NCBI GenBank assembly: GCA_000388065.2
Contig: KB932204.1
Strand: one strand, 5' to 3'
Length of the DNA stretch: 22,940 bases
Source of the DNA: Fonticula alba ATCC 38817
Lineage: Eukaryota > Protista > Nucleariida
Shown in pieces: positions 1 to 8,866 of this stretch (position 1 is the first letter of the stretch; the number at the start of each line of letters is the position of its first letter). Position numbers and translations under genes: made by a program. The notes under the pieces were generated by a model. That model did no database searches, had not been told where the DNA came from, and saw only the letters and a program-made list of their open reading frames with translations.

Positions 1-2363
1 CGCGTTCCATCCCGGATTGCGGGCCAGGCCGCGAAGCCGGGCCCAGCGGGTTACAGGCACTGGCCGCCCGCCGCCGTGAGGAGACCCCGGCCCAGCCTCC
101 CGCCCGGTCGGATTTACGTCCCCCCTCCCCTCGCTCGCCGGCCCCAGAGACACACCGACCGTGAGCCGCCCCATAACTTGGGGCGCGGCCCCTCCCTCCA
201 CACGGTCCGAGGCCGACAGGCACACTCGGGAATAATATCCGCCCCCGGGGAAGACCGGGCGGGGGTCGTGCGCACATATATGCACACACTCACACAGGAA
301 TACATGACCACAACACGCAACCGCACAAGCCTGCAGGCCGCGCACGGCCAGAGGCCGGCAGGGGAGAGTGTGCCCCCTGAAAAGGAGATCATCCACCCAC
401 CAGGCTCCTGCAGGCCCGGCCCGGCCCGGCGCGCAAGACCACCAGAGGCGCCTATGCCGGCCGAGGGGCCCCGGGGAGGGGGGGGGGGGGGGAGGCGGCG
501 GCATGCCCGCCCACACCCCGGCGCGGCGCTCGCCACCACAGGGCAGACGAGAGACAGAGAGAGAGGCCCGAGGCAGGGCGCCCGGCGGAGCGTCCCCCCA
601 AGCCCCCGGGAGTTCTCTCTATCCGAGCGGATTTCCACCCGGGGGTTCCTTCATTCCGACAGAGGCCCCGGCCCCGGCGGAGGGGAGGCCCCGGAGGCCG
701 GTGAACGCTCGCTCGCACAAGCCCAAACGGATCAGACACCGATGCCGGGCGGGCGGGCCAGCGCCGGCGGGCGCACTCGCGGCCGGCACCGAGCCGCCCG
801 CCTCCCGTTGCTCTCGGCCGGAGCCCCCGGTCCAAGCGTGCCCCAAGAAGAAACACCCCTTCCTCGGAAGGACCATACCGCGCCCGAGGGAGTCAGGGGG
901 CGGGGGCGCTTGCCCGGTGGGGGCGGGGAGGGGGGCATACGGGGAGGAGCGGTGCGAACCGCCGATACATTCCACCTGCCTGCCCGTGCGCAGCTGAGGG
1001 GGCGGGCGGGGCGGGGGGCTCATCGCGAACGACCACACCCGCGCGCCGGAGACCGAGGGGCCGGCCCGGCGCTTGGGGAAGGGCGCACCAGCCCCGCACA
1101 CGGGCCACCACATCCACCAAAATGCCCCACCCCGAGCAGGACGACCCCCGGCGCGCGCGGGCACACGGACCAACGAGCACCATAACCATCACGAAAGGCA
1201 GGCACCGTTCCGGCGAACCGGCGGCAACGGGTCGTGTCCCCCCCTCCCCCCCCCGAGAAACCGCCCCTCTCGCGGCCCCCGAAGAAGCGGGGAGAAAAGA
1301 AAGTCCCCGGCTGGCACTTGCATGTCGGGGCGGAGGCATTTTTACTTCACGTAACACCAAACTTGCCCCCAAACCGCCGGTAAAATGTCCCCCGCCCCCC
1401 CCCCCGGCCCCACATCTGCACCTCAAGGGCTCTCTCAATTATGAATTAAATGCGTAATAAATATTGATTAATGTGTTATCTCGGGCGGGCACCGAAGGGC
1501 GGATCCTCCGCAAGGTTGACGGGAGATGGAGCGCCGACGGTGTGGCCGAAGGCAGAACACCGTTGTCCGATCACATGTCCAATGAAGTCACTTTTACGCC
1601 GTAGCATGGCCCCTTTTCAAGCGCGACTTTTTCGTCCCAAAAGTGCACCCACTTCCGGCCGAACGGTGCCCCCGTTCGTGGGGCATATCGCCTCTCGCTT
1701 GGGTGTTTGTCGCCCCCTCATGAGGGGCGGGCGGCGGCGCGAGGCACGGTCTCCTCCCGCGGCCAGTGGCCGCCCTCCACCGGCAGATGGAGCACGGTGC
1801 CTCTCGTTGCTGGTGTCCCGCCGCCCGTTCCTGGGTGGTGTGCCCCCTGTCAAGAGGCGCCCGGCTATGCCGAGAGCAGCGGCGTCGGTCGTAAAATGGG
1901 CTCTCTCCCGCCGCCCGTCCGTTCGCCACCAGGCGCAGGATGTCCTGCCAACCCAAGCCCCCCCCCGCCAGGCGAGGGTGGAGAAGGCCGGGCGCGCGAG
2001 AGAGAGAGAGAACCCGCGGGGGGCTGCCCTCGTCGCCGGGGGGACACGGGCCCACGCCACGCCCTGGCGCCCGGACGGGGGGAGGGCACAAGGGGCCGTG
2101 TTTTTGGCCCCGGCGCGGGGGTGCGGGAGAAGCCCATCTCTCGAAGCGCTTGCGGTTCCGCCGCATGTGATGCCACCGAGCATGCACCCCCGTCCAGGCC
2201 GCGTCCTGCCGGAATTTGGCGCGCCGTCCGCCCGGGCCCGACTCTTGGATCGGGGCGGAAGAGTGTGGGGGGGAGGGCCGTACCACCCCCCCCCCCCCCC
2301 CCCCACACCCCGGCGCCCTGGTCACCGGCCCCGCATTTCCAGCTGCCAGCTTCCCCGGCCCCT

Positions 2364-2505
2364 TGTGTGTGTGCGCGCGTGTGTGTGTGTGCCTGTGGGT
2401 GTCCCGGGCGTGTGCGTGGGGTTCGCCCGCCTGGGGTCCGTTCGCTGCTGCCACTCTCGCGCGGCGCCCACGCACGTGCCCGCGCGCGCGCGCACACGCA
2501 CGCGC
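2364..2505. repeat. Alternating purine-pyrimidine (TG/CG/CA) microsatellite tracts upstream of RPS17
   Basis: 29-nt perfectly alternating tract at 2364-2392 (tgtgtgtgtgcgcgcgtgtgtgtgtgtgc) and 25-nt tract at 2481-2505 (cgcgcgcgcgcgcacacgcacgcgc). Confidence 0.85.
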
Positions 2506-2660
2506 CCACCCACCGCAGAGAGGGAGGCGCCCGGCCCACGGCGCGCCCGGCCCGCACGCTTGAAGAGCCGGAACCCCGGCAGCCGGGCTATCATTGCCCC
2601 GGCCTCTCTCTTTTGGTTGTTGTTTTTCCCTACACTCCTTTGAGATTTATTCCTGTCACA

Positions 2661-3970
2661 ATGGTTAGTTCTCCTTTTCCCTCCCCCGCCCACTGCCCTC
2701 CTCTCTCTTTCTCGTCTCGCCCCCCCCCCGTGTGCCCCCTCCCCCCCCCCCTCGCTCGGCTTCTCTCGGTCTCCGCTCTCCCTCTCCATCGGCCTGTGTC
2801 TGTGGATGCGCGCGTGTTCGGCACGGGTGTGCATGGTCGATGCCCCGCGCCCCCGCCCCTCCCCCCTCCCCGCTCGCTGTCTCCTTCTCTCGTCCTCTCC
2901 TCCCCCCCTCCAGCGCGGATTGATGGCCGGCGTTCGCCCCCGTCTACCGGGGTATCTCCGCCCTCCGGTTTTCCGCGTCTCGCCCATCGGGAACGCCACG
3001 CGCGCGCGCGCGCACCGCGCCACGATCTCCTCCGGTTTCCTGACGTGAGGGGGCGAGAGGCACCCTGATGATCAGCCATGCTCGGGCCTCCTCTTTCCCT
3101 TGTCGGAGAGAGGGCCAGTCATCGCACATGGCCCCGCTCGTCATGCCGCCACCCCCCCTCTCCCCCCTCGCGCAGGGAGGCAACCCGGTCACGGCGCAGA
3201 TCCCGACGAGAGAAGGAGACCAGCTTTGGGAGGGACCACCGGGAAACGCGGCGACACCCGCGCCCCATCACACGCACGCCGATGGCAGAGCGGGCCCGAG
3301 CGAGAGAGAGGCACCCTACGCGAAGGAGGGGAGAGAGCGGCCGAGGCTGCCCCGACCCGCGTGGGGGGCGGTGCCCACTCGCGCCATCGCCCTGGCTTCC
3401 CGCCTCCCCCTTTCTCGCTGCCCTGCCGCGGATGTGACTTTCCAATCTCGCATCCGACGCCCCACGACGCCACCCCATCATATGCTGACCCTGCTCATTC
3501 CGTGCCGCTCTCCTCCCCCCTCTCCTCCCCCCCCCTCCTCCCCCCCCTCCGGACGACACACACACGCACAGGGCCGTGTTCGCACCAAGACCGTCAAGAA
3601 GGCTTCTCGCGTCCTCGTCGAGAAGTACTACCCCAAGCTCACCCTTGACTTCCACACCAACAAGCGCATCGCTGATGAGGTCGCCATCATCCCCTCCAAG
3701 CGCCTCCGCAACAAGATCGCCGGCTTCACCACCCACCTGATGAAGCGCATTCAGCGCGGTCCCGTCCGCGGTATCTCCTTCAAGCTTCAGGAGGAGGAGC
3801 GCGAGCGCCGTGACAACTGGGTCCCCGAGCAGTCCGCCGTCAACACCGACCGTGTTGAGGTTGATGCCGTCACCCTGAAGATGCTTGCCGCTGTCTTCCC
3901 TGGTGAGGTCACCGGTGTTGTCAAGGCTGAGAACACCCACACCCGCCGCCGTGCCCCCAAGCGCAACTAA
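2661..3970 (+). CDS. RPS17: 40S ribosomal protein eS17 (S17), 133 aa; join(2661..2663,3572..3970)
   Basis: 3572-3970 translates [33 protein letters not shown]...[47 protein letters not shown], the eS17 family sequence, ending TAA at 3968-3970. It is preceded by CAG (3569-3571), an AG-free C-rich tract and branch-like GCTGAC (3484-3489). The missing Met is supplied by cacaATG|GTTAGT at 2661-2669. T/C-ending codon bias is typical of a highly expressed gene. Confidence 0.96.
2664..3571 (+). other. Phase-0 intron immediately after the RPS17 start codon (908 bp)
   Basis: Donor GTTAGT at 2664, branch GCTGAC at 3484, pyrimidine tract and acceptor CAG ending 3571. An intron right after the ATG is the known position in yeast and vertebrate RPS17 genes. 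The 5' end is inferred rather than proven. Confidence 0.8.
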
Positions 3971-5069
3971 GCGCCTCGCGCGTCGTCTCCCGTCGCTCTG
4001 CGCGCTGCACCGTTGTTCTGTGGCTCCTAATGAAACCTAGTGGCCGATATACATTTGTGCCGGTCGTGTGTGTGTGTGTCCTTGTTTGTGTCGGTCCCGG
4101 CGCGCGCCCGTGCGCCTCTCCCCGTCGCCTCTCCCTCCCCCTCCGCCGGCGCGGGGGGCGATGCGCGCAGAGCAGGGCCGAGGGGGGGGCACAGGCCGCA
4201 GGAGGGAGGGGGGCAGCCACAGCACGTGTGTGTGTGTATGTGTTCGGCTCTTGCGCCCACGGCATTCTGTGCATTCGCGGCCGCGGGAGGGGGCCCGGGA
4301 TCTTGGGACCCGGCTGGCAGGGGGGGAGAGGGAGGCAAGTTAACGCACGGGCGCCGCGCAGTGGACGCGCCAGGGGGGCGCCCGGGAGGAGTTCCTCCCC
4401 GGTCATCGCGCGCCCGCCGGAGACAGCGCGCGCTCTGTGCCGTATCCCGCCTGGCTGCTGCCGAGACTCCCGTCCCCTCTCTCCGCACAGGCCGCCTGCA
4501 AACCAGCCATCACCATTCTGCGGCCCCCTCGCCCGGCCATGCAGGGCGCGCCCCTTGCCTTTTCTTCTCGCCGGGGCCCGGTTTTCTCCCTGCTCAGGGC
4601 GCATCCCGGGTCTCCGCCTGGTGGGTGCGGCCGGGGATCTAGCAGGGGGGCTGGTTTTCTTTTCCCGAGTCCTCCCCGGGACAGCGCGGAGCCGGCGGCC
4701 TCAAGCAGCAGCGGCCGAGACAGGGGTGCTCATATGCCAGAATGCGTTTCGGCGTTTGTTAGACCTGTTGCAGCACCTTGCACGGCACCCGCACCAGAGC
4801 CCGTCAACAGGCCACCGGACACATTGGAGTGCGTGCCCCCCCGGCGGCTCGACCCCCAGATGGATTGTGGTCTTCCCCACATTCTACAGAACAAGAACAC
4901 AACATGAAACCAGAATACCGGCAGAGGCTGGCAGAATAAACTCAAATCCCAATTAACACCCACTCGCATGTATTCGGGCGGGATGTGCTTTGTCCGGGGA
5001 GGCGCAGGGGCCTTTGCAAGAGCCACCGCCTGGCGGTCCGCTCCAATCGTCCGGCCCCCCCCCCCCCCT

Positions 5070-7607
5070 TTACTCCGGCTTGACGGCCACCATGAAGGCG
5101 CACTGGTATTGGTACCTGAGCATGGACTTGGCGTTGGACGCATACGGCACATTGTCGATCTGGCGGAACTCCTGTTTCCGCGCGCGCGCGCGTGCGTGCA
5201 CATCATTGCCGAGGGACATGGCCGGGAGAGCGGCGGTTAGGACAGGCACGCCTCGCCCGAAGCCACCTCGGCAGGCAGGGGGACGCACCTTCACCTCGAA
5301 GCCGATGGACTCGGCCACCTGGCGGACCTCGGCCCAGGTGAGCTCGATGCTCAGCTCGCCCGGGGTGTTTTCAAAGTGGAACAGCAGCGGCCCATTGTTC
5401 AGCCACACCCCACCCGGCGGGAGGAGATCCCAAATGCGCTGGAGATAGGCCACAATGTCGTGCGCAGTGTCGATGAAAAAGGCCGTCACCACCGCGTCCC
5501 ACTGGCCACGGTGGTTGGTCGCCCCGTCGTTGGCCCCACTGACTGCATAAACATCCAGGAAGTCCCCGGCCGACATGGAGAATCGGCTCCCGGGCGGCAG
5601 CGCCGGGGCCACGTCTGGCACGGTCACCGGCCGCGTCTGGTCGCTGGCGTCCCAGCTGTTGGAGAATTGCAGGCAGAAGGGGAAAATCTGGTAGGCATTC
5701 GGAACGGCGCCACTGTCGCAGGCGAACACCCGGCAAGGAGCAGCACGAGCGACCGGGTCAGCACAAACGACCAGGGGAGAGGGGGGGGGGGGAGGGCGGA
5801 GGGCGGAGGCAGATGCAGTGGAGCGCATGGACAGACGCACCCATTCAGGATGAACTCCGACACCAGGAGCATGTAGTGCGAGAACTCGTTCCCCTCGCAC
5901 TCGTAGCCACGCCGCGCGATCTCGAAGGCCAGACGCCCGAGACCGGCCCCGGGAACCAGCACACGCGGGGGGCGGGTTTCACTAGGCGGCAAGTTAGCCA
6001 GGCAAGCGCGGCGGCTCCGGTCGCGGCGCCCTGATCGCGGGGCAGGCAGCAAGATATCCCCGGCACATGGGCCAGCATCGACAAGCGCACCGTTGGTCGG
6101 ATGGAAGGTACTTGGCCAGCCCCTCCAACAGGGGGTCGTAGCAGACACGCCGCTCCTCGGCGCCCTCAGACGACCAGTCCCGAACCAGCTGGCCGAGGAC
6201 ACTCTTGACGCTGTCATGCTGCGAGAGCTTCGTCGAGATCAATCGCTCGCGGTGGTCCTGCCGGGGTCACAGCCATTAGCACATCGCTCGGAGGGGCAGC
6301 CGGCGGGCGACACCCAGGCGCACAGCTGGCGGCCAGCAACGTACCTCCTCGGCCTCCGGCTCATCGGAGAAAAACTTGGCCAAATGCGGCGAGATGACCT
6401 TGTCAATGAAGTACTGGTTGCCCACGACACATGCCCGCACCGAGGCCAGCTTGGACATCACCGGGGTCAGGAGGGCTGTGGGGGGCGGGGAAAAAAAAGG
6501 GGAGGGGGTCAGAGGATCCCGAGCAGAGCAGCCAAGGGAAGAGCACCCCCCTCCGGCCACCAGGGCCCAGGTCATACCACGAGACGAGGCCGGAAGCCGC
6601 TGGATGTTGGACAGGAACCCCGCAAGGCGATGCTCTCCATTGAGCCGATATGCCTCGAAGGCGGACAGGACATCCAGGAAGCGCTTCCCCTCGAAGAGCT
6701 CGCCCTCCTCGTCACTGGTGCAGTCCGAGTCGCCGGAGTCGTCCGAGCCACCGGAATCGCTGGCGTCACTATGGCCACCGCCAGCCGGGGGGCCAGAGCG
6801 CCGGGAGGGTCCCTCCTCGTCCGAAGAGGAACCATCCGAGTCCGGCTGCCCTGGAGGAGGCCGCGAGCCCACTCGCGTCGCGTCATGGTCATTGGCGGCC
6901 AGGAGTTCGCGCAGCTTGGCCGAGGACCGGTCCTCGGCGTCGTGTCCGTGACTGTGCCCATGGCTGTGTCCGTGACTGTGCCCATGGCTGTGTCCATGGT
7001 TGTGTCCATGGTTGTGGCCGTGGCTGTGGCCGTGGTTATGTCCATTGTCATGATAAACCGGAAGCTCAGCATCGGGCGCGGTGGGTCCCTGGCGATAGTG
7101 GCCGCGACCGCGGCCATGCCGTCCTCGGGGATGGTGGTGGTGACCATGCATAGGCCCAAGCGACTGGTCGTGTCCGTGTCCGTGTCCGTGCCCATGTCCG
7201 TGCCCGTGGCTGTGCCCGTGGCTGTGCCCGTGTCCGTGGTTGTGTCCGTGGCCGCGGCCGCGCCCATGGTCTTGCCTGTGGCCATGGTCGTGTCCCTGGG
7301 TATGATCCTGGCCATGATCATGTCCACGTTGATGGCCGTGCCCATGGCCATGTCCACGGCTGGGACCGTGGGCATGATGGTGCATGCGGCCAAAATGGGT
7401 GGGGCCATAGCCCCGGCGGGAATGCCGAGCTCCACTCCACCGGGCCGCCTCCGCGGCAGGATCGTACGGGGGCGGCTGGTCATTGGGTAGATCCTCAGTG
7501 ACAGCAGCAGCAGCAGCAGCAGGGGCCGGCGACTCGATCGAGTCGAAGTACTCATCACCATCGTGCTGGGGAGCCGACCCACGGCCGGGGTCATCGGGGT
7601 TGCTCAT
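5070..7607 (-). CDS. CARNMT1: Carnosine N-methyltransferase / N2227-family (CARNMT1-like) SAM-dependent methyltransferase with His-rich N-terminal extension, ~664 aa; complement(join(5070..5171,5289..5712,5841..5981,6091..6257,6345..6475,6578..7607))
   Basis: Family motifs occur in order on consecutive exons: [74 protein letters not shown] (SAM motif I), [52 protein letters not shown] and [17 protein letters not shown]. Five GT-AG introns (102, 87, 109, 128, 117 bp) with CTGAC/CTAAY-like branch points join these exons in phase: 1995 nt = 665 codons. The start ATG at 7607 follows a pyrimidine-rich leader. Confidence 0.93.
6942..7385 (-). repeat. Coding 6/12-bp-period tandem repeats encoding (GH)n and (GHxH)n His-rich segments
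   Basis: 6942-7043 encodes [34 protein letters not shown] (8.5 units of a 12-bp period). About 7092-7385 encodes MHHHAH...GHGHGHGH...[28 protein letters not shown]...HGHHHH. Third-position variation between units preserves the G-H pattern. Confidence 0.92.
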
Positions 7608-7941
7608 GTCGCGTTTGGAGGGGGAGGGGCGAGCGACAGACAAACAGAGGGGCAGGAGGGCAGAGTGAGGCGCAAAGAGGGGCAGTAGAGCGGGGAGGAA
7701 GGGCAGAGAGGGGGAGAGAGAGAGATGGGTATCTTGGCTGACTGGCAACACTGCCAGGTGGGGAGGATAAAAGCAGTTCTTTCCCCCTCCCGGGACGTCT
7801 CTACACAGGGAGCCAGGAAGGCGAGACCCGCCGAGTCCCTTCCCTGGGTGCCGGGCGCGGCTCCGGCAAGGGTGCGGGATCATTGTGCCCATGTTTCCGG
7901 TCTTTCGCCTGGGCCATCTCTCTCTGGTGGGGCTGGACCGG

Positions 7942-7969
7942 CCCCCCCCCCCCCCCCCCCCCCCCCCCC
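7942..7969 (+). repeat. Poly-C homopolymer (28 nt) in the divergent CARNMT1-like/Vps54-like intergenic region
   Basis: Direct reading. It is the longest of many C/G runs in the window (others near 474-492, 2285-2303, 17062-17079, 21878-21893). Confidence 0.85.
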
Positions 7970-8611
7970 ACACCCCTCGGCTTGTCGCCCCGTGCTGGTC
8001 TCGGTGATCGTCCTCCCCCCCCCTCTCCCCGGGGGCGGGCGATCCGCGCGCCCGAAGAAACAGTCCGAAAGGGGGAGGAGGAGCCCAAGCGGCCCCTGTG
8101 GATCGGGGATCTGCCAACGGATGGGCTCCGAGCACCTCCCACCCCACAGACTCGCCCTGGCTTTCTGTCAGGTCCCGCCAGACATCGAGCTCGCACCCTT
8201 GTCTCTCGTCGGCCCGGATGGAGGGCCGCGCACGAAGCGAAGAGAAAGGGCCCCATCCTTCGTTTTTCGTCCTCGCGTTGACACGACCGCCCAAGCTCCA
8301 AGGCCAGGGGCCCGGGGGCTGGTCGGTGGCTTGGCCCCCGCCACCGAGGCCAAGGATGTTCCCCCGCCCCCCAGCTGGGTTGAGGGGACCAAATTTCCCT
8401 CCCGCCCCCTCGCCCCTCCCCCCCCCCCCGCCCATCGTCGACGCATAGTCCTGGCGAGCGGGGCCCTTGAGGCCCGAAAATTAATGAGCATGCGGCGTTT
8501 AGATGGCCGCCAGCTGCTTCCATGTGTCTCCTCCCTCCTTCTCCCGCCCCTCCCTCCCCCCTCGCCCCGCTCACTGGCCCCCATCATAGTTCACCCTCTG
8601 TGTGCCTTTCG

Positions 8612-8696
8612 GTGCGGTGATCGCTTTTTCCCTTCCCCATCCCCCCGTCCCGGTGCTAACTCCCCGCCCGCGCCCGCGCCCGCGCCCAATACACAG
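8612..8696 (+). other. Candidate 5'-UTR intron upstream of the Vps54-like gene (85 bp)
   Basis: Donor-like GTGCGG at 8612, pyrimidine tract, branch GCTAAC at 8655-8660 and acceptor ACACAG ending 8696. Size and signals match the coding introns in this window. Confidence 0.4.
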
Positions 8697-8866
8697 CTCC
8701 GGCGTCTGATGGCCGCCTAAGGCGACCTCCGCCCACTCTCCCTGTCTCCCCCCTCCTCCGCTCGACCTCCCCCCTCCCCCCGCCCCCCATCCCCATTTCC
8801 CCTCCCCTGCTTCGACCAGGCTCGCTCTGCCCCGATTGATCGCCCTCCCCCGCGGCGCCCCTCAAA

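Larger units (their letters stand above)
7608..8866. promoter_or_regulatory. Head-to-head intergenic region (probable bidirectional promoter and 5' UTRs) between the CARNMT1-like and Vps54-like genes
   Basis: The two start codons diverge 1.26 kb apart. Each is preceded on its own strand by a pyrimidine-rich leader, and there is an AT-rich patch at ~8477-8486. No TSS evidence. Confidence 0.5.

Noticed and set aside
76-2643. Several long ORFs (76-1185 +, 1471-2643 +, 1594-2475 -, 1707-3068 + and others)
   Set aside because: Pro/Arg/Gly-rich translations running through homopolymers and microsatellites, with no codon bias or recognisable domain. Long stop-free frames are expected at this GC content.
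3067-3488. Box C/D snoRNA in the RPS17 intron (TGATGA at 3067)
   Set aside because: The next CTGA is ~420 nt away and coincides with the branch point. No terminal stem or rRNA-antisense element was recognised.
3068-3571. 300-aa ORF 3068-3970 as a fusion protein ending in eS17
   Set aside because: The N-terminal 168 codons are intronic (branch point, C-tract and CAG directly precede GRVRTK). The true start is the ATG exon at 2661.
3119-3940. 273-aa minus-strand ORF
   Set aside because: Antisense shadow of the codon-biased RPS17 exon.
4030-4956. 308-aa and overlapping ORFs between RPS17 and the methyltransferase
   Set aside because: Low-complexity, microsatellite-derived translations between two convergent stops; best explained as 3' UTR or intergenic sequence.
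6093-7594. Repeat proteins in other frames (VSVTVPMAV... on +, 6093-7490; [14 protein letters not shown]... on -, 6572-7594)
   Set aside because: Antisense and shifted readings of the GHxH repeat. Only the His frame continues into the conserved methyltransferase motifs and splices in phase.
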